Assembly: GCA_964501965.1 (NCBI GenBank)
Contig: CAZCVM010000004.1
Span: forward strand, 1-43,546
Length of the DNA: 43,546 nt
From: an uncultured Leptospiraceae bacterium
Lineage (GTDB): Bacteria > Spirochaetota > DYNZ01
Reading direction: 5' to 3'
Shown: positions 9,174-18,533 of the stretch, in pieces
Numbering within the stretch: position 1 is the stretch's first letter
Layout of the letters: every line of letters begins with the position of its first letter
Notes under the pieces: model-generated
Told to the model about the DNA's origin: nothing
What the model saw: the letters and a program-made list of their open reading frames with translations, nothing else
Database searches by the model: none
Position numbers and translations under genes: made by a program

Positions 9174-10769
9174 ATGAATTCACGAAAAAGCGGCATTCTT
9201 TTACACCCTACATCATTGCCGGGCAAATATGGCATTGGTGATTTGGGGCCTGAGGCGGAGAATTTTTTGTATTTTTTGCGGGATACCTATACATCCATTT
9301 GGCAGATTTTGCCGGTTCATCCACCCGGTTATGGCAATTCTCCTTATACAGCTTATTCTGCTTTCGCGGGAAATGAGCTTTTTGTTTCTCCTGATATTTT
9401 AGTCGAAGAAGGGTTTTTGGATGAAGCGGATACAGCAGCGTACCCATACATGGATCCTGGTGTAGTGGATTTTGAGTCTGTGCGGCAAAATAAACAAAGG
9501 CTGTTTCAAAAAGCTTTTGCCAATTTTAATAGCAAAAACATGGCTCCTGTCAAATCGATCACTTCTTTTTTCTTAAAATTAGATTCAGAACAAGACCAAG
9601 AAGTCCATAAAAATGTATCTGCCACAGGCAATTTGTCTGATGTGCAGGATGATTTTGCCGAATTTTGCCAATTGGATTTTGTGCGCAATTGGCTAAACGA
9701 TTATGCTCTTTTTCGTACTATTAAAGAAAAAAATGACCAAAAATCGTGGAATGAATGGCCCGTTGCTTTGCGCAATAGACATCAAAAAGAAATGGATCAG
9801 GTTCTCAATAAACATGAACAAGATTGGAATTTTCAGCGTTTCTTACAATATCTGTTTTTTCGCCAGTGGTTGAGATTGAAGCAAAAAGCTGATCAATTGG
9901 GGATTGTGTTTTTGGGTGATATTCCGATTTTTGTGTCCTATGATTCTGCGGAAGTTTGGGCGCATCAATCTTATTTTCATCTCACCAAGGAAGGCAATCC
10001 AAAAGCTGTGGCTGGAGTGCCGCCGGATTATTTTAGTGAAACCGGTCAATTATGGGGCAATCCATTGTACAACTGGCCGGAAATGAAAAAGGACAATTAT
10101 CTTTGGTGGGAAAATCGACTGAAAACATTATCCGCACTGGTCGATTGGATACGAATTGATCATTTTCGTGGCTTTGAAGCTTTTTGGGAAGTGCCGGCCA
10201 AAGAAACTACTGCAATAAACGGAAAATGGAAAAAGGGGCCTGGTAGACATTTTTTTAAGACTATCCTGAAAAATATTCGAATAAAAAAAATCGTGGCAGA
10301 AGATTTGGGAGTGATTACCTCTGACGTAGAAAAACTCAGGGATGAGTTTGCTTTTCCTGGTATGAAAGTATTGCAATTTGCTTTTGGCGGTGCAGCAGAC
10401 AATATTTATTTGCCGCACAATCATGTGTCAAATTGTGTTGTTTATACAGGTACCCATGACAATGATACAACCACTGGTTGGTTCCATAATGCCCCAGAGC
10501 ATGTAACAAAACATGTTCGCGATTATTTTGGGATTGACGGTAGCAATATCGCTCATTATTTAATGCGGGTTGCTATGATGTCTGTCGCGGACACAATGAT
10601 TTTTCCTTTGCAGGACTTGCTGCAAAAAGATTCCAGTCATCGAATGAATACACCAGCTACAGCAACCGGAAATTGGGGCTGGCGTATGCAATGGGAAGAT
10701 ATGGATTCCAATTTAGCTGTGTTTTTGTCTGAGTTGAATACTTTGTCCAATCGAAAGCCCATTAATTAA
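9174..10769 (+). CDS. malQ: 4-alpha-glucanotransferase (amylomaltase, GH77)
   Basis: The N-terminus RKSGILLHPTSLPGKYGIGDLG is typical. So are WGNPLYNW, IRIDHFRGF, VAEDLG and YTGTHDNDT, the catalytic regions of MalQ. Confidence 0.9.
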   Translation: MNSRKSGILLHPTSLPGKYGIGDLGPEAENFLYFLRDTYTSIWQILPVHPPGYGNSPYTAYSAFAGNELFVSPDILVEEGFLDEADTAAYPYMDPGVVDFESVRQNKQRLFQKAFANFNSKNMAPVKSITSFFLKLDSEQDQEVHKNVSATGNLSDVQDDFAEFCQLDFVRNWLNDYALFRTIKEKNDQKSWNEWPVALRNRHQKEMDQVLNKHEQDWNFQRFLQYLFFRQWLRLKQKADQLGIVFLGDIPIFVSYDSAEVWAHQSYFHLTKEGNPKAVAGVPPDYFSETGQLWGNPLYNWPEMKKDNYLWWENRLKTLSALVDWIRIDHFRGFEAFWEVPAKETTAINGKWKKGPGRHFFKTILKNIRIKKIVAEDLGVITSDVEKLRDEFAFPGMKVLQFAFGGAADNIYLPHNHVSNCVVYTGTHDNDTTTGWFHNAPEHVTKHVRDYFGIDGSNIAHYLMRVAMMSVADTMIFPLQDLLQKDSSHRMNTPATATGNWGWRMQWEDMDSNLAVFLSELNTLSNRKPIN

Positions 10770-10792
10770 TATTAAAAAAACGGCAAAATTTG

Positions 10793-11950
10793 ATGTTTTT
10801 TTCTAAAAGAATCTTGGTCATTTTTGGTTTTTTTGTTTTTTGTGGTATCATTGTGTTTCAAATATTTGCGTCGCAGATATTTTTACAAAAAAAACAAGAT
10901 ACTATCAAAAGTGATAGTTATCAGGCAGACAAAAAAATCATTAAAATTATTGCGTTGGGCGATGTAATGCTGGGCAGTCGTTTTCCGGGGAACGGTAAAT
11001 TTCTTGCGCCCAATCATGGACGACATTTAATCCGACCATGCTTGCCTTTTTTTAAAGGTCAAGATATTGTTTTAGCAAATTTAGAAGGCGTTTTGAATGA
11101 TCACGCCGTCAGTACAAAATGCAAAACAAATAAAAATTGTTTTGCATTTGCGATGCCTACTAGATACGGTCAAATATTGAAAAATAATCAAATTAATGTC
11201 GTAAATCTGGCAAACAATCATAGTAATGATTTTGGCAGACGTGGCTATGAAACAACAGTTCAGACATTGACTAAACTAAATATTTTGTATACTGGTTTTC
11301 ATAAACCCGTGACTTATAAAACAATAGGTTCCACAACGATTGCGATACTTGGTTTTTCCTATGGTATTTATAAATATGGATTGAGTCAATTTGATCAGCA
11401 CAAGAAATTGATTCAAGAGGCGAAAAAAAATAGTCAAATTATTATTGTCAATTTTCATGGCGGTAGAGAGGGAAAAAAAACCAACAGTAAATTGCCCAAT
11501 ACTTATGTTTTGCGCAATCAAACAGAATATGCCTATGGCGAAAATCGGGGCAATCTGGAAAAATTTAGCAAGAAATGTATTGATGCCGGAGCTCACCTGG
11601 TCATTGGTCATGGTCCGCATGTACCGCGCGGTATGCAATGGTACAAAAAAAGACTTATAGCTTATAGTCTGGGCAATTTTTGTACTATCAAAAGATTTTC
11701 TTTGGCCGGAGCCAGTGCATACGCGCCAGTACTATCTGTATATCTGGATCATGCAGGGAATTTTGTTTCTGGACGGATTATTTCCTGTTATCAAAAAAAT
11801 AGCAGTTCTGGGCCGGTTCCGGATGTTCAGTATAGAGCAGCAAAATTGATTCGTTATCTTTCCAAAAAAAATTTTCCGCGTTCAGGAGTAAAAATAAATA
11901 AAAACGGACAGATTGTGTCTCCTTATTTAAACCAAAATATAAAAAACTAA
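10793..11950 (+). CDS. CapA/PGA_cap-family metallophosphatase-like protein with N-terminal TM anchor
   Basis: The protein has an N-terminal hydrophobic helix. The motifs ALGDVMLG, LANLEG, NLANNHSNDFG, VNFHGG and HLVIGHGPHVPRG match the CapA (poly-gamma-glutamate capsule) family pattern. ATG at 10793 is preferred over the adjacent TTG at 10790. The gene lies 20 nt downstream of malQ. Confidence 0.75.
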   Translation: MFFSKRILVIFGFFVFCGIIVFQIFASQIFLQKKQDTIKSDSYQADKKIIKIIALGDVMLGSRFPGNGKFLAPNHGRHLIRPCLPFFKGQDIVLANLEGVLNDHAVSTKCKTNKNCFAFAMPTRYGQILKNNQINVVNLANNHSNDFGRRGYETTVQTLTKLNILYTGFHKPVTYKTIGSTTIAILGFSYGIYKYGLSQFDQHKKLIQEAKKNSQIIIVNFHGGREGKKTNSKLPNTYVLRNQTEYAYGENRGNLEKFSKKCIDAGAHLVIGHGPHVPRGMQWYKKRLIAYSLGNFCTIKRFSLAGASAYAPVLSVYLDHAGNFVSGRIISCYQKNSSSGPVPDVQYRAAKLIRYLSKKNFPRSGVKINKNGQIVSPYLNQNIKN

Positions 11951-11962
11951 GAAAATAAAGCC

Positions 11963-11994
11963 AAAAGAATAGAAAATTTTTTTTCTATTCTTTT
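11963..11994. terminator. Perfect 14-bp A/T-rich hairpin between convergent genes (candidate bidirectional intrinsic terminator)
   Basis: aaaagaatagaaaa (11963-11976), loop tttt, ttttctattctttt (11981-11994). The arms are exact reverse complements. It sits between the stop of capA-like (+) and the stop of EF-G II (-). Confidence 0.55.
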
Positions 11995-12035
11995 GTTGCT
12001 TACAAAGCATGACAAGGAAGCGGGCATATTCAAAG

Positions 12036-14153
12036 TCAATTTGCTCCGGCAGTTTTTTTCTTTTCCAGTACATCCGCAGCTAAACGTCCCTGCAAAACTT
12101 CGTAATGTGAGAAATTCATTTCAAAAGTTGCTCTTCCTGAACTCATAGAACGAAGATCTAAGGCAAAAGTTTGCATCTCCGCTAAAGGTACTTCTGCGGT
12201 AATTTTTGTTGCGATACGTCCTTCAGAACCGTCCATATTGGCATATTTTTTCTCATCCATTCCCAAAACTTTACCTCTGCGTCCATTCAAATCGCCGACA
12301 ATATCGCCAATAAAATCCTTCTCAGACAGAATTTCTATGGCCATGATTGGTTCAAGTAAAACCGGATTTGCTTTTTTCATGGCTTCTTTGAAGGCGGATA
12401 TTGCGGCCATTTTGAAAGAAAACTCAGAAGAATCCACAGAATGAAAAGAGCCGTCAAATAAATGTACCTCTACATCCTGCACAGGGAAACTGCCCAATAC
12501 GCCTTCTAGCAGAGCTTCTTCTATTCCTTTTTCCACTCCAGGGATATATTGTTTTGGTATGACCCCGCCCGTTATCTCGTCATAGAATTTGTATCCGGTG
12601 CTGCGTTCCATGGGTGCGATTTTTATCGCGACTTCTCCGTATTGACCATGACCTCCTGATTGTTTTTTATGTTTGTACTTAGCTTCAGCCGGTTTTAGGA
12701 TTGTTTCGCGGTAGGCGATCTGAGGCAAATTGGTTGTTGCTTTAATTTTTCCTACCCGTTCTATGTATTCTAGCAGCAAGCGTAAATGAAACTCGCCCAT
12801 GCCGGAAACCACCGTTTCTCTGGTTTCAATGTTATAATCCACATGTATGGTTGGATCTTCTTCGGCTGTTTTGCTCAATATTTGATGTAGCTTTTCTTCG
12901 TCATTTTTGGCGTTTGCTGAAATGGCTAAACTATATACCGGTTTAGGTAAACGCAAAGCAGGTAAAATAATGGGATTTTTAGGGTCACACAAAGTATGGC
13001 CGGTTTCTGTGTCTTCGAGTTTTAACACTACTCCGATGTCGCCGGCGACTAGAGTATCGGTTTCTATTAACTCCTGGCCATTCACAAAATATACATGCGC
13101 AATTTTTTCCTTTTTGTTCAGTATTGGGTTCAATATTTCTGTATCTTTAGTCAATTTGCCGGACCGGACACGTAAATAACTAATTTTGCCGGAATATTGG
13201 TCTTGTTTTGTTTTAAAAACAAAAGCGCAAAAAGGTTCTGCTATAGATGCTTTGCGTTCAATTATATCGTCTCTTTTTTCCGGTGCTATGCCCATGACAG
13301 AATTTCTAAAAACAGGGCTGGGCGACTCATGAATAATCATGCGCAATAATGTTACAATACCAATATCCTTAAGAGCTGACCCACAGGCAACAGGTATAAG
13401 CTTAAATTTTTTAATACTATCGAGTAAACCATTGGTTACTTCTTCCTCGGTTAAAGGTTCTTCGTTTAGAAATTTTTCAATCAACCGGTCATCTGATTCG
13501 GCCACAGCTTCTGCAAGTATCTGGCGATATTCCCGTGCAATATCCATCATTTCTGACGGAATGTCTTCTATCCTTACTTTAGTTCCATCTGATTCAGGAT
13601 ATATGGCTTTCATGCGAATTAGGTCCACAACGCCTTTGAAATCACTAGCTTGACCAATGGGCAATTCTATCGCCACAACCTGGGGGACGAATCTGGCTTT
13701 CATTTCATCCAATATTTTGAAAAAATTTGCTTTTTCTTTGTCCATCTTGTTGATAAAAACAAGTCTGGGAATACCGTATTCATTGGCATAATCCCATATT
13801 TTTTCTGTTTCAATTTGCATACCTTCTTCGGCATCTACCAATACAATAGCACCTTCAGCTACGCGAAGGGAAGCGCGCACATCTCCCACAAAATCCGCTA
13901 AACCCGGAGTATCTATTAAGTTTATCTTGACCCCTTCGTTTTCAATAAAAAGAATAGAATTGTGGATAGATATACCTCTTTTTTTTTCATCTTCCATATA
14001 ATCAGAACTAGTATTTTTGGATTCTACTGTGCCCTGGCTTTGGATAACACCGCCCATATATAGCAATGCTTCAACTAAAGTGGTCTTACCAGTTTTATTG
14101 TGTCCAATAATAGCAATATTTCGGATATGTTCCGGTTCATAAACAGGTATCAT
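12036..14153 (-). CDS. Elongation factor G paralog, EF-G II (Thermus EF-G-2-like) subfamily
   Basis: The G domain reads NIAIIGHNKTGKTTLVEALLY, DTPG, NKMD, and EF-G domains II-V follow. The G1 region resembles the EF-G II type (..GH..SGKTTL.EALLY) rather than canonical fusA (AHIDAGKTT). I moved the start to the ATG at 14153, 5 nt downstream of GGAGG. The 30 upstream codons of the ORF-track call look non-coding. Confidence 0.85.
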   Translation of the reverse strand: MIPVYEPEHIRNIAIIGHNKTGKTTLVEALLYMGGVIQSQGTVESKNTSSDYMEDEKKRGISIHNSILFIENEGVKINLIDTPGLADFVGDVRASLRVAEGAIVLVDAEEGMQIETEKIWDYANEYGIPRLVFINKMDKEKANFFKILDEMKARFVPQVVAIELPIGQASDFKGVVDLIRMKAIYPESDGTKVRIEDIPSEMMDIAREYRQILAEAVAESDDRLIEKFLNEEPLTEEEVTNGLLDSIKKFKLIPVACGSALKDIGIVTLLRMIIHESPSPVFRNSVMGIAPEKRDDIIERKASIAEPFCAFVFKTKQDQYSGKISYLRVRSGKLTKDTEILNPILNKKEKIAHVYFVNGQELIETDTLVAGDIGVVLKLEDTETGHTLCDPKNPIILPALRLPKPVYSLAISANAKNDEEKLHQILSKTAEEDPTIHVDYNIETRETVVSGMGEFHLRLLLEYIERVGKIKATTNLPQIAYRETILKPAEAKYKHKKQSGGHGQYGEVAIKIAPMERSTGYKFYDEITGGVIPKQYIPGVEKGIEEALLEGVLGSFPVQDVEVHLFDGSFHSVDSSEFSFKMAAISAFKEAMKKANPVLLEPIMAIEILSEKDFIGDIVGDLNGRRGKVLGMDEKKYANMDGSEGRIATKITAEVPLAEMQTFALDLRSMSSGRATFEMNFSHYEVLQGRLAADVLEKKKTAGAN

Positions 14154-14321
14154 GTCTGCCTCCTGAAATTGTGATGACTCAAAGCAATTTAATGTTCCAA
14201 GTATTGTCAAATCAAAATTGTAAACAAAAAAAAGCAGACTCAAGTTAAACGATTGATTCTATAGAGTCTTTTGGAATCCCTAAAGATAAAATAAATTTTG
14301 TGAATATTTTGAGATGGCTCT

Positions 14322-14564
14322 ATGAATATAATAGCTGTAGCACTGGGAGGCAGTCTGGGTGCTTTGAGTCGATACTTTATATCTGAATTTGTCCAACGTT
14401 TGTGGGGCAACGCTATTCCCTGGGGAACAATATTGGTAAATTTTTCTGGTTCTTTTATTATTGGTTTTTTAAGTGCTATGTTTTCTGAAAATCATTCCAC
14501 CAAGCCCGGTAAAATTGATTATTATTTCCTAAAAAGCATAAAAGTGATGAATAAAGATGAATGA
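14322..14564 (+). pseudogene. crcB: Truncated crcB/fluC fluoride channel gene (first half only)
   Basis: Residues 1-55 (ALGGSLGALSRYF...IPWGTILVNFSGSFIIGFL) match the first two TM helices of CrcB. The ORF then diverges and stops at 80 aa. The conserved second-half motif (G.GG.TTFSTF) is not visible in any frame downstream. Normal CrcB is about 120-130 aa. Confidence 0.6.
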
Positions 14565-14687
14565 ATAAATCTTCTTGCCTTAGAATCATGCAATTGAGTC
14601 ATTGGCTTTTGAGAATAAAAATTTAAAGATTTTTTTACATCAATCGCAACAAATACATATTTTCTGTTAAAAAAAGAGACCTAGGCG

Positions 14688-16082
14688 ATGAAATCCACAA
14701 TTACAAAAATTATTTTTGCGTTCATAATTCTTTTTTTTCTATTCCAATTTTTGTTCAATTTGCGTTATTTATCGCGATTTTTTGATTGGGATTCAGTTAT
14801 TTATGTTTTGAACACAGAAACCTCCATGTTCAATAGAAACAAGTCTATCCAAAAACATTTGGGTCCGGTTTTTTACAATCCGCATCATATTGGATTTGAG
14901 TCCTCAGGATACGCTTATTTGCGTTGGATTCGTTCTTTCTATCCTGAATATGATAGCATGTTTATTTTGCGTTTGCGCAATCTTTCCTGGAGTTTTATTT
15001 TTTTAATAATTTTTATTTATTTGCATCATCAGCTTTACCGACGATTGGATACGGCATTTTTGTTGGGATTGGCGATTTCCGTTTCTGAAGGATATTGGTG
15101 GTACAGTCACCATTATGATTCGCCGATGTTTGCCCAGACTTCTGTTGCTTTGACCTTTTTGGTTCTTTTATATTTTATGAAAAATGGATTTAGCAAACGG
15201 GCCTTTATTATTCTAGGTGTTGTCCAGGTTGCGTCTGTGTATTTGCATCAAAGCAATGCAATATTTTTGCTCCTTGTACCATTTACTGTGCTTTTTTCTC
15301 AGAAATACCGGAGCAAAGTTTTCACTCTGGGGGAAAAATTGCGTTCTACTTTTGTTTACCTTTTTGTGGTTGTTTTGATATTAACAATTTCTTATTTGTT
15401 TGTTGGTTTTTATTTATTGCAAAGAGATTTGGAGTCAAAAAATGAAAAACATTTTACCAATTGGTTGTTTTTGTATGTTTACTTAGAACGCTGGGGTGCT
15501 TCTAAAGAAAAAAAAGACTATATTACGCATTTCTATCGGGGTATTGGCGATGCTTTTTTAAATTTTCAAGGAGTTCGGCCTGGGACACGGGTGGATTTTT
15601 CCAAAGCACCAAGTGTTAAAAATTTGCCGTACAATCTCAATGTCGCGTTTTGGGGTCTGATATTATTTTTATTTTTGATCAATATTCGCCGGGTTTTCAA
15701 AAGATACGGCCCTGACATGTCTTTATTGCTAATATGGCTGATACCATCGATAATATTTTATACATGGTGGGAGGGCTATTATCTGGAATTTTGGCTTAGT
15801 ACAACCATTTCCTTGTGGATGTTTAGTTTTTATGTATTGGACAGTTTACCCTGGGACGCTATCCGAAATAGTTTTCGAGCTGTTACAAATGTTCTTTATT
15901 TGGGTATGATACTAATGCTTTTTTCAGTAAATTTTACTTATTCTACTATGCCCAGGTCGGAAAGAGTTGTTTTGGGTTATATTCATAAATATGAAAGATA
16001 CCGCCGCAGCGTGGAGCGAATGGCCAGAGAAAAGGTTTATCGTTATGGGCCGATAACTTTGCCCCAAAAATATGACAAATGA
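14688..16082 (+). CDS. Polytopic membrane protein, GT-C-like (ArnT/PMT-type) glycosyltransferase candidate
   Basis: 464 aa with at least 10 hydrophobic helices. An acidic motif (FFDWDSVIY) sits in the first predicted extracytoplasmic loop, as in GT-C enzymes. The gene converges stop-to-stop on a GtrA/GT2/SDR operon. Family membership is inferred, not shown. Confidence 0.5.
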   Translation: MKSTITKIIFAFIILFFLFQFLFNLRYLSRFFDWDSVIYVLNTETSMFNRNKSIQKHLGPVFYNPHHIGFESSGYAYLRWIRSFYPEYDSMFILRLRNLSWSFIFLIIFIYLHHQLYRRLDTAFLLGLAISVSEGYWWYSHHYDSPMFAQTSVALTFLVLLYFMKNGFSKRAFIILGVVQVASVYLHQSNAIFLLLVPFTVLFSQKYRSKVFTLGEKLRSTFVYLFVVVLILTISYLFVGFYLLQRDLESKNEKHFTNWLFLYVYLERWGASKEKKDYITHFYRGIGDAFLNFQGVRPGTRVDFSKAPSVKNLPYNLNVAFWGLILFLFLINIRRVFKRYGPDMSLLLIWLIPSIIFYTWWEGYYLEFWLSTTISLWMFSFYVLDSLPWDAIRNSFRAVTNVLYLGMILMLFSVNFTYSTMPRSERVVLGYIHKYERYRRSVERMAREKVYRYGPITLPQKYDK

Positions 16083-16099
16083 TTATTTGTCATATTTTT
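16066..16099. terminator. 14-bp perfect palindrome spanning the abutting stop codons of two convergent genes
   Basis: aaaaatatgacaaa (16066-16079), tgatta, tttgtcatattttt (16086-16099). TGA (16080-16082) ends the GT-C-like gene and TTA (16083-16085, i.e. TAA on the minus strand) ends gtrA-like. As a result both proteins end in KYDK. Confidence 0.55.
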
Positions 16100-16601
16100 T
16101 GGTAGATTTTTTTTGAAAAAAAATGGTTATTGTTTCAAATTGCCTTTTTATAATGTTTCTTATACTGTATTTGCCAAATGAAAAATATTTGTGTCCCAAA
16201 AAACTCGTAAACATTGGCACAGCCAGGCCTAGCGCATGAGCTAAATCATAGCGCAATGGCCCAGTCACAAAAAGAATGAAAACATATTCTGCCAATACAA
16301 TGCTAACCAAAACAGTTTCCGCTATTCCTATGAAATTGAATATCACAAAATAGGTAAATTGTTTGTATATTGGTTTCGCATCATAAACAATAAAGGTAAG
16401 CATTCGATTGAGCAAAAAAGCGGTGATCATGCCGATAGGATAGGCCATTAATACAGAAATTTCAAAAGAGAAAAACATGGAAAATGTTTTTCTAGCCAAA
16501 AAATTTATGATTGCGGCAAAAAGTCCGATGAACAAAAAAATTAGAAATTGCTTTGATAAAATATCTACCAGTATTTGTTTGACAAGGTTTTTTTTGTCCA
16601 C
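16083..16601 (-). CDS. GtrA-family small membrane protein (lipid-linked sugar translocation family)
   Basis: 172 aa with four hydrophobic helices and a GtrA-like pattern (FLFIGLFAAIINFLARKTF..., ...AFLLNRMLTF). The GTG start at 16601 lies 4 nt after the TAG stop of the upstream SDR gene, which suggests translational coupling. Confidence 0.7.
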   Translation of the reverse strand: MDKKNLVKQILVDILSKQFLIFLFIGLFAAIINFLARKTFSMFFSFEISVLMAYPIGMITAFLLNRMLTFIVYDAKPIYKQFTYFVIFNFIGIAETVLVSIVLAEYVFILFVTGPLRYDLAHALGLAVPMFTSFLGHKYFSFGKYSIRNIIKRQFETITIFFQKKSTKKYDK

Positions 16602-16605
16602 AAGG

Positions 16606-17673
16606 CTAACCTAAAATGCCTATCAATTTATCTTTTTTGTCTTTTAACCAATGGGCAGTTTGCTCAACAATTTCTTTCGCGGATATTTGGGGCTCCCATC
16701 CAGTTTTTTTGTAGACTTTGGTATTGTCTGTCAGATAGATTTTTATGTCCGCTTGCCGGTCTTCGGTAATGGAGCCTATGGGGATAGTTTTGTCCAGAGT
16801 TTTTTGGACCAGGCCTGTCAATTCATTTAGTGAAACACTGACTTTTTTGCCGCCGCCCACATTGAAAACTTCCCCATTGAGTTCATCTATTTTTGATAAC
16901 TGAATATCTATTAATCTAAATAAATCTTCTATATGTAAAATATCACGCACTTGTTTGCCTTTGCCACCATAACCAAAATATTTTAGTGGTTTGTCAAATA
17001 AATGTGCTGCAATCCAATGCACAAGCACCCCTTGATCAATTTTGCCCATCTGCCATGGGCCTGCGATTACGCCGCACCTGTTAATAATGTTTTTTATGCC
17101 ATACATGGCCCCATATTCTTGAATGAGTAATTCAGAAGCCAATTTAGTGGTTCCATACAAGGATCTCGCGCCGGTCAAAGGAAAGTTTTCATTGATTCCT
17201 AATTTGCTTGCTCCGGGAATGCTTTGTTTTTGTGTTAATTCAAAACGGGTATCTGTTTCTATTGTAGTCAAAGAATTGATTGCTTCTATGGGATAGACTC
17301 TGCTAGTGGAAAGAAATAGGATGCTGGCATTTTTTTGACGGACATATTCCAAGCAGTGGATCGTTCCTAGTAAATTTGTGTTGATAAGGTAATCCGGCGA
17401 GCCATCCAATCCAGCCAATACCGAAGGCTCCGCCGAACACTCAATCATAAAATCAATTGCGGGAATTTGGAATAAATCTTCTTTGTTGCGTATGTCTCCA
17501 TGGACAAAAGAAATCCCATTTTGTTTTAATCGGGGCAGATTCAGTTCTGAGCCTCTGCGTTTTAGGTTATCCAGGCAAATAATGGAGTATGAAGAATATT
17601 TTTGTTTTAATAATAAGGCAAGACTGGATCCAACAAATCCTGCCCCTCCGGTGATAAGTATTGTTTTTTTCAT
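16606..17673 (-). CDS. NAD-dependent nucleotide-sugar epimerase/dehydratase (extended SDR, CDP-paratose-epimerase-like)
   Basis: Rossmann motif ILITGGAGFVGS and catalytic YGTTKLASE (YxxxK). GKGKQVRDILHIEDL is typical of extended SDR sugar epimerases. Confidence 0.85.
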   Translation of the reverse strand: MKKTILITGGAGFVGSSLALLLKQKYSSYSIICLDNLKRRGSELNLPRLKQNGISFVHGDIRNKEDLFQIPAIDFMIECSAEPSVLAGLDGSPDYLINTNLLGTIHCLEYVRQKNASILFLSTSRVYPIEAINSLTTIETDTRFELTQKQSIPGASKLGINENFPLTGARSLYGTTKLASELLIQEYGAMYGIKNIINRCGVIAGPWQMGKIDQGVLVHWIAAHLFDKPLKYFGYGGKGKQVRDILHIEDLFRLIDIQLSKIDELNGEVFNVGGGKKVSVSLNELTGLVQKTLDKTIPIGSITEDRQADIKIYLTDNTKVYKKTGWEPQISAKEIVEQTAHWLKDKKDKLIGILG

Positions 17674-17744
17674 TTGGTTTTGTGTTCTTTTTATTTATTG
17701 GGCTGTAAAAAAAATTAAATAATAAATTCATAAAAAATCAAAGA

Positions 17745-18533
17745 TTATTGGTCTTCTGGTTTAACAATTGATTTTTCTGCTTTCAAATCATCCAATATCA
17801 GTATTCTTTCAAACCATATTTTTATCAATGTCGCCAAATAGCGTCTACCCATGGCACGCAATTTCAATTTTGATTGACCCCATTTTCTGCCATACCAAGA
17901 AATGGGTACCTTGGCAATTTTGTAGTTGCGTATTAGGGCTGATAATGACAATTCTATAGTTATATTGAAATGCGCTGCGTGTAGCGGCATAATATCACGC
18001 ACAACATCTACTTTGTAAGCTTTGAAAGCATTTGTCAAATCATTGTGTCGCGTGGCAAAAAGCAATTGCAATATTTTGTTGATTAACCGGTTAAAGAAAA
18101 GTTTTAAAAAAGGATATTCTTTGACAATCGACCCTTTGACAAATCTTGAACCAAAGACACAATCATAGCCCTGTTGTAACGTATGATAATATTTTATGAT
18201 ATCTTGCGGATCATCTGACAAATCCGCCATAACAATGACGACATAATCTCCGGAAAAATGAGCCAGCCCTGTTCTTATGGCCCTACCAAATCCACCGGGC
18301 GGAGTGCGGTTTATCAATTGAATGTTGTTATTGTTTTTTTGAAGGTTTTTAATGATTTGAGCGGTATCGTCCGTACTGTTGTCATTGACAGCAACAATTT
18401 CATGCGGGATAGATTCATTGTTTAGTTTTTCTATTATGGCCAAAATTGTATCCGCAATATTTCCGCTTTCATTGTAAGCCGGTATAATAACTGACAATGT
18501 GGGCGATTTTTGTTTTTTAGCTTGAACGGTCAT
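17745..18533 (-). CDS. Family 2 glycosyltransferase, polyprenyl-phosphate sugar synthase type (DPM1/ArnC/GtrB-like)
   Basis: LSVIIPAYNESGNI, AVNDNSTDDT, VVIVMADLSDDP (DxD-type) and a basic C-terminal amphipathic region. Its start codon directly abuts the stop of the upstream SDR gene (18533/18534). Confidence 0.85.
   Translation of the reverse strand: MTVQAKKQKSPTLSVIIPAYNESGNIADTILAIIEKLNNESIPHEIVAVNDNSTDDTAQIIKNLQKNNNNIQLINRTPPGGFGRAIRTGLAHFSGDYVVIVMADLSDDPQDIIKYYHTLQQGYDCVFGSRFVKGSIVKEYPFLKLFFNRLINKILQLLFATRHNDLTNAFKAYKVDVVRDIMPLHAAHFNITIELSLSALIRNYKIAKVPISWYGRKWGQSKLKLRAMGRRYLATLIKIWFERILILDDLKAEKSIVKPEDQ

Noticed and set aside
14244-14321. A possible fluoride riboswitch upstream of crcB.
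   Set aside because: The spacer is only 78 nt and AT-rich. I could not find the conserved crcB-motif pseudoknot elements. The riboswitch may have been lost along with the gene's 3' half.
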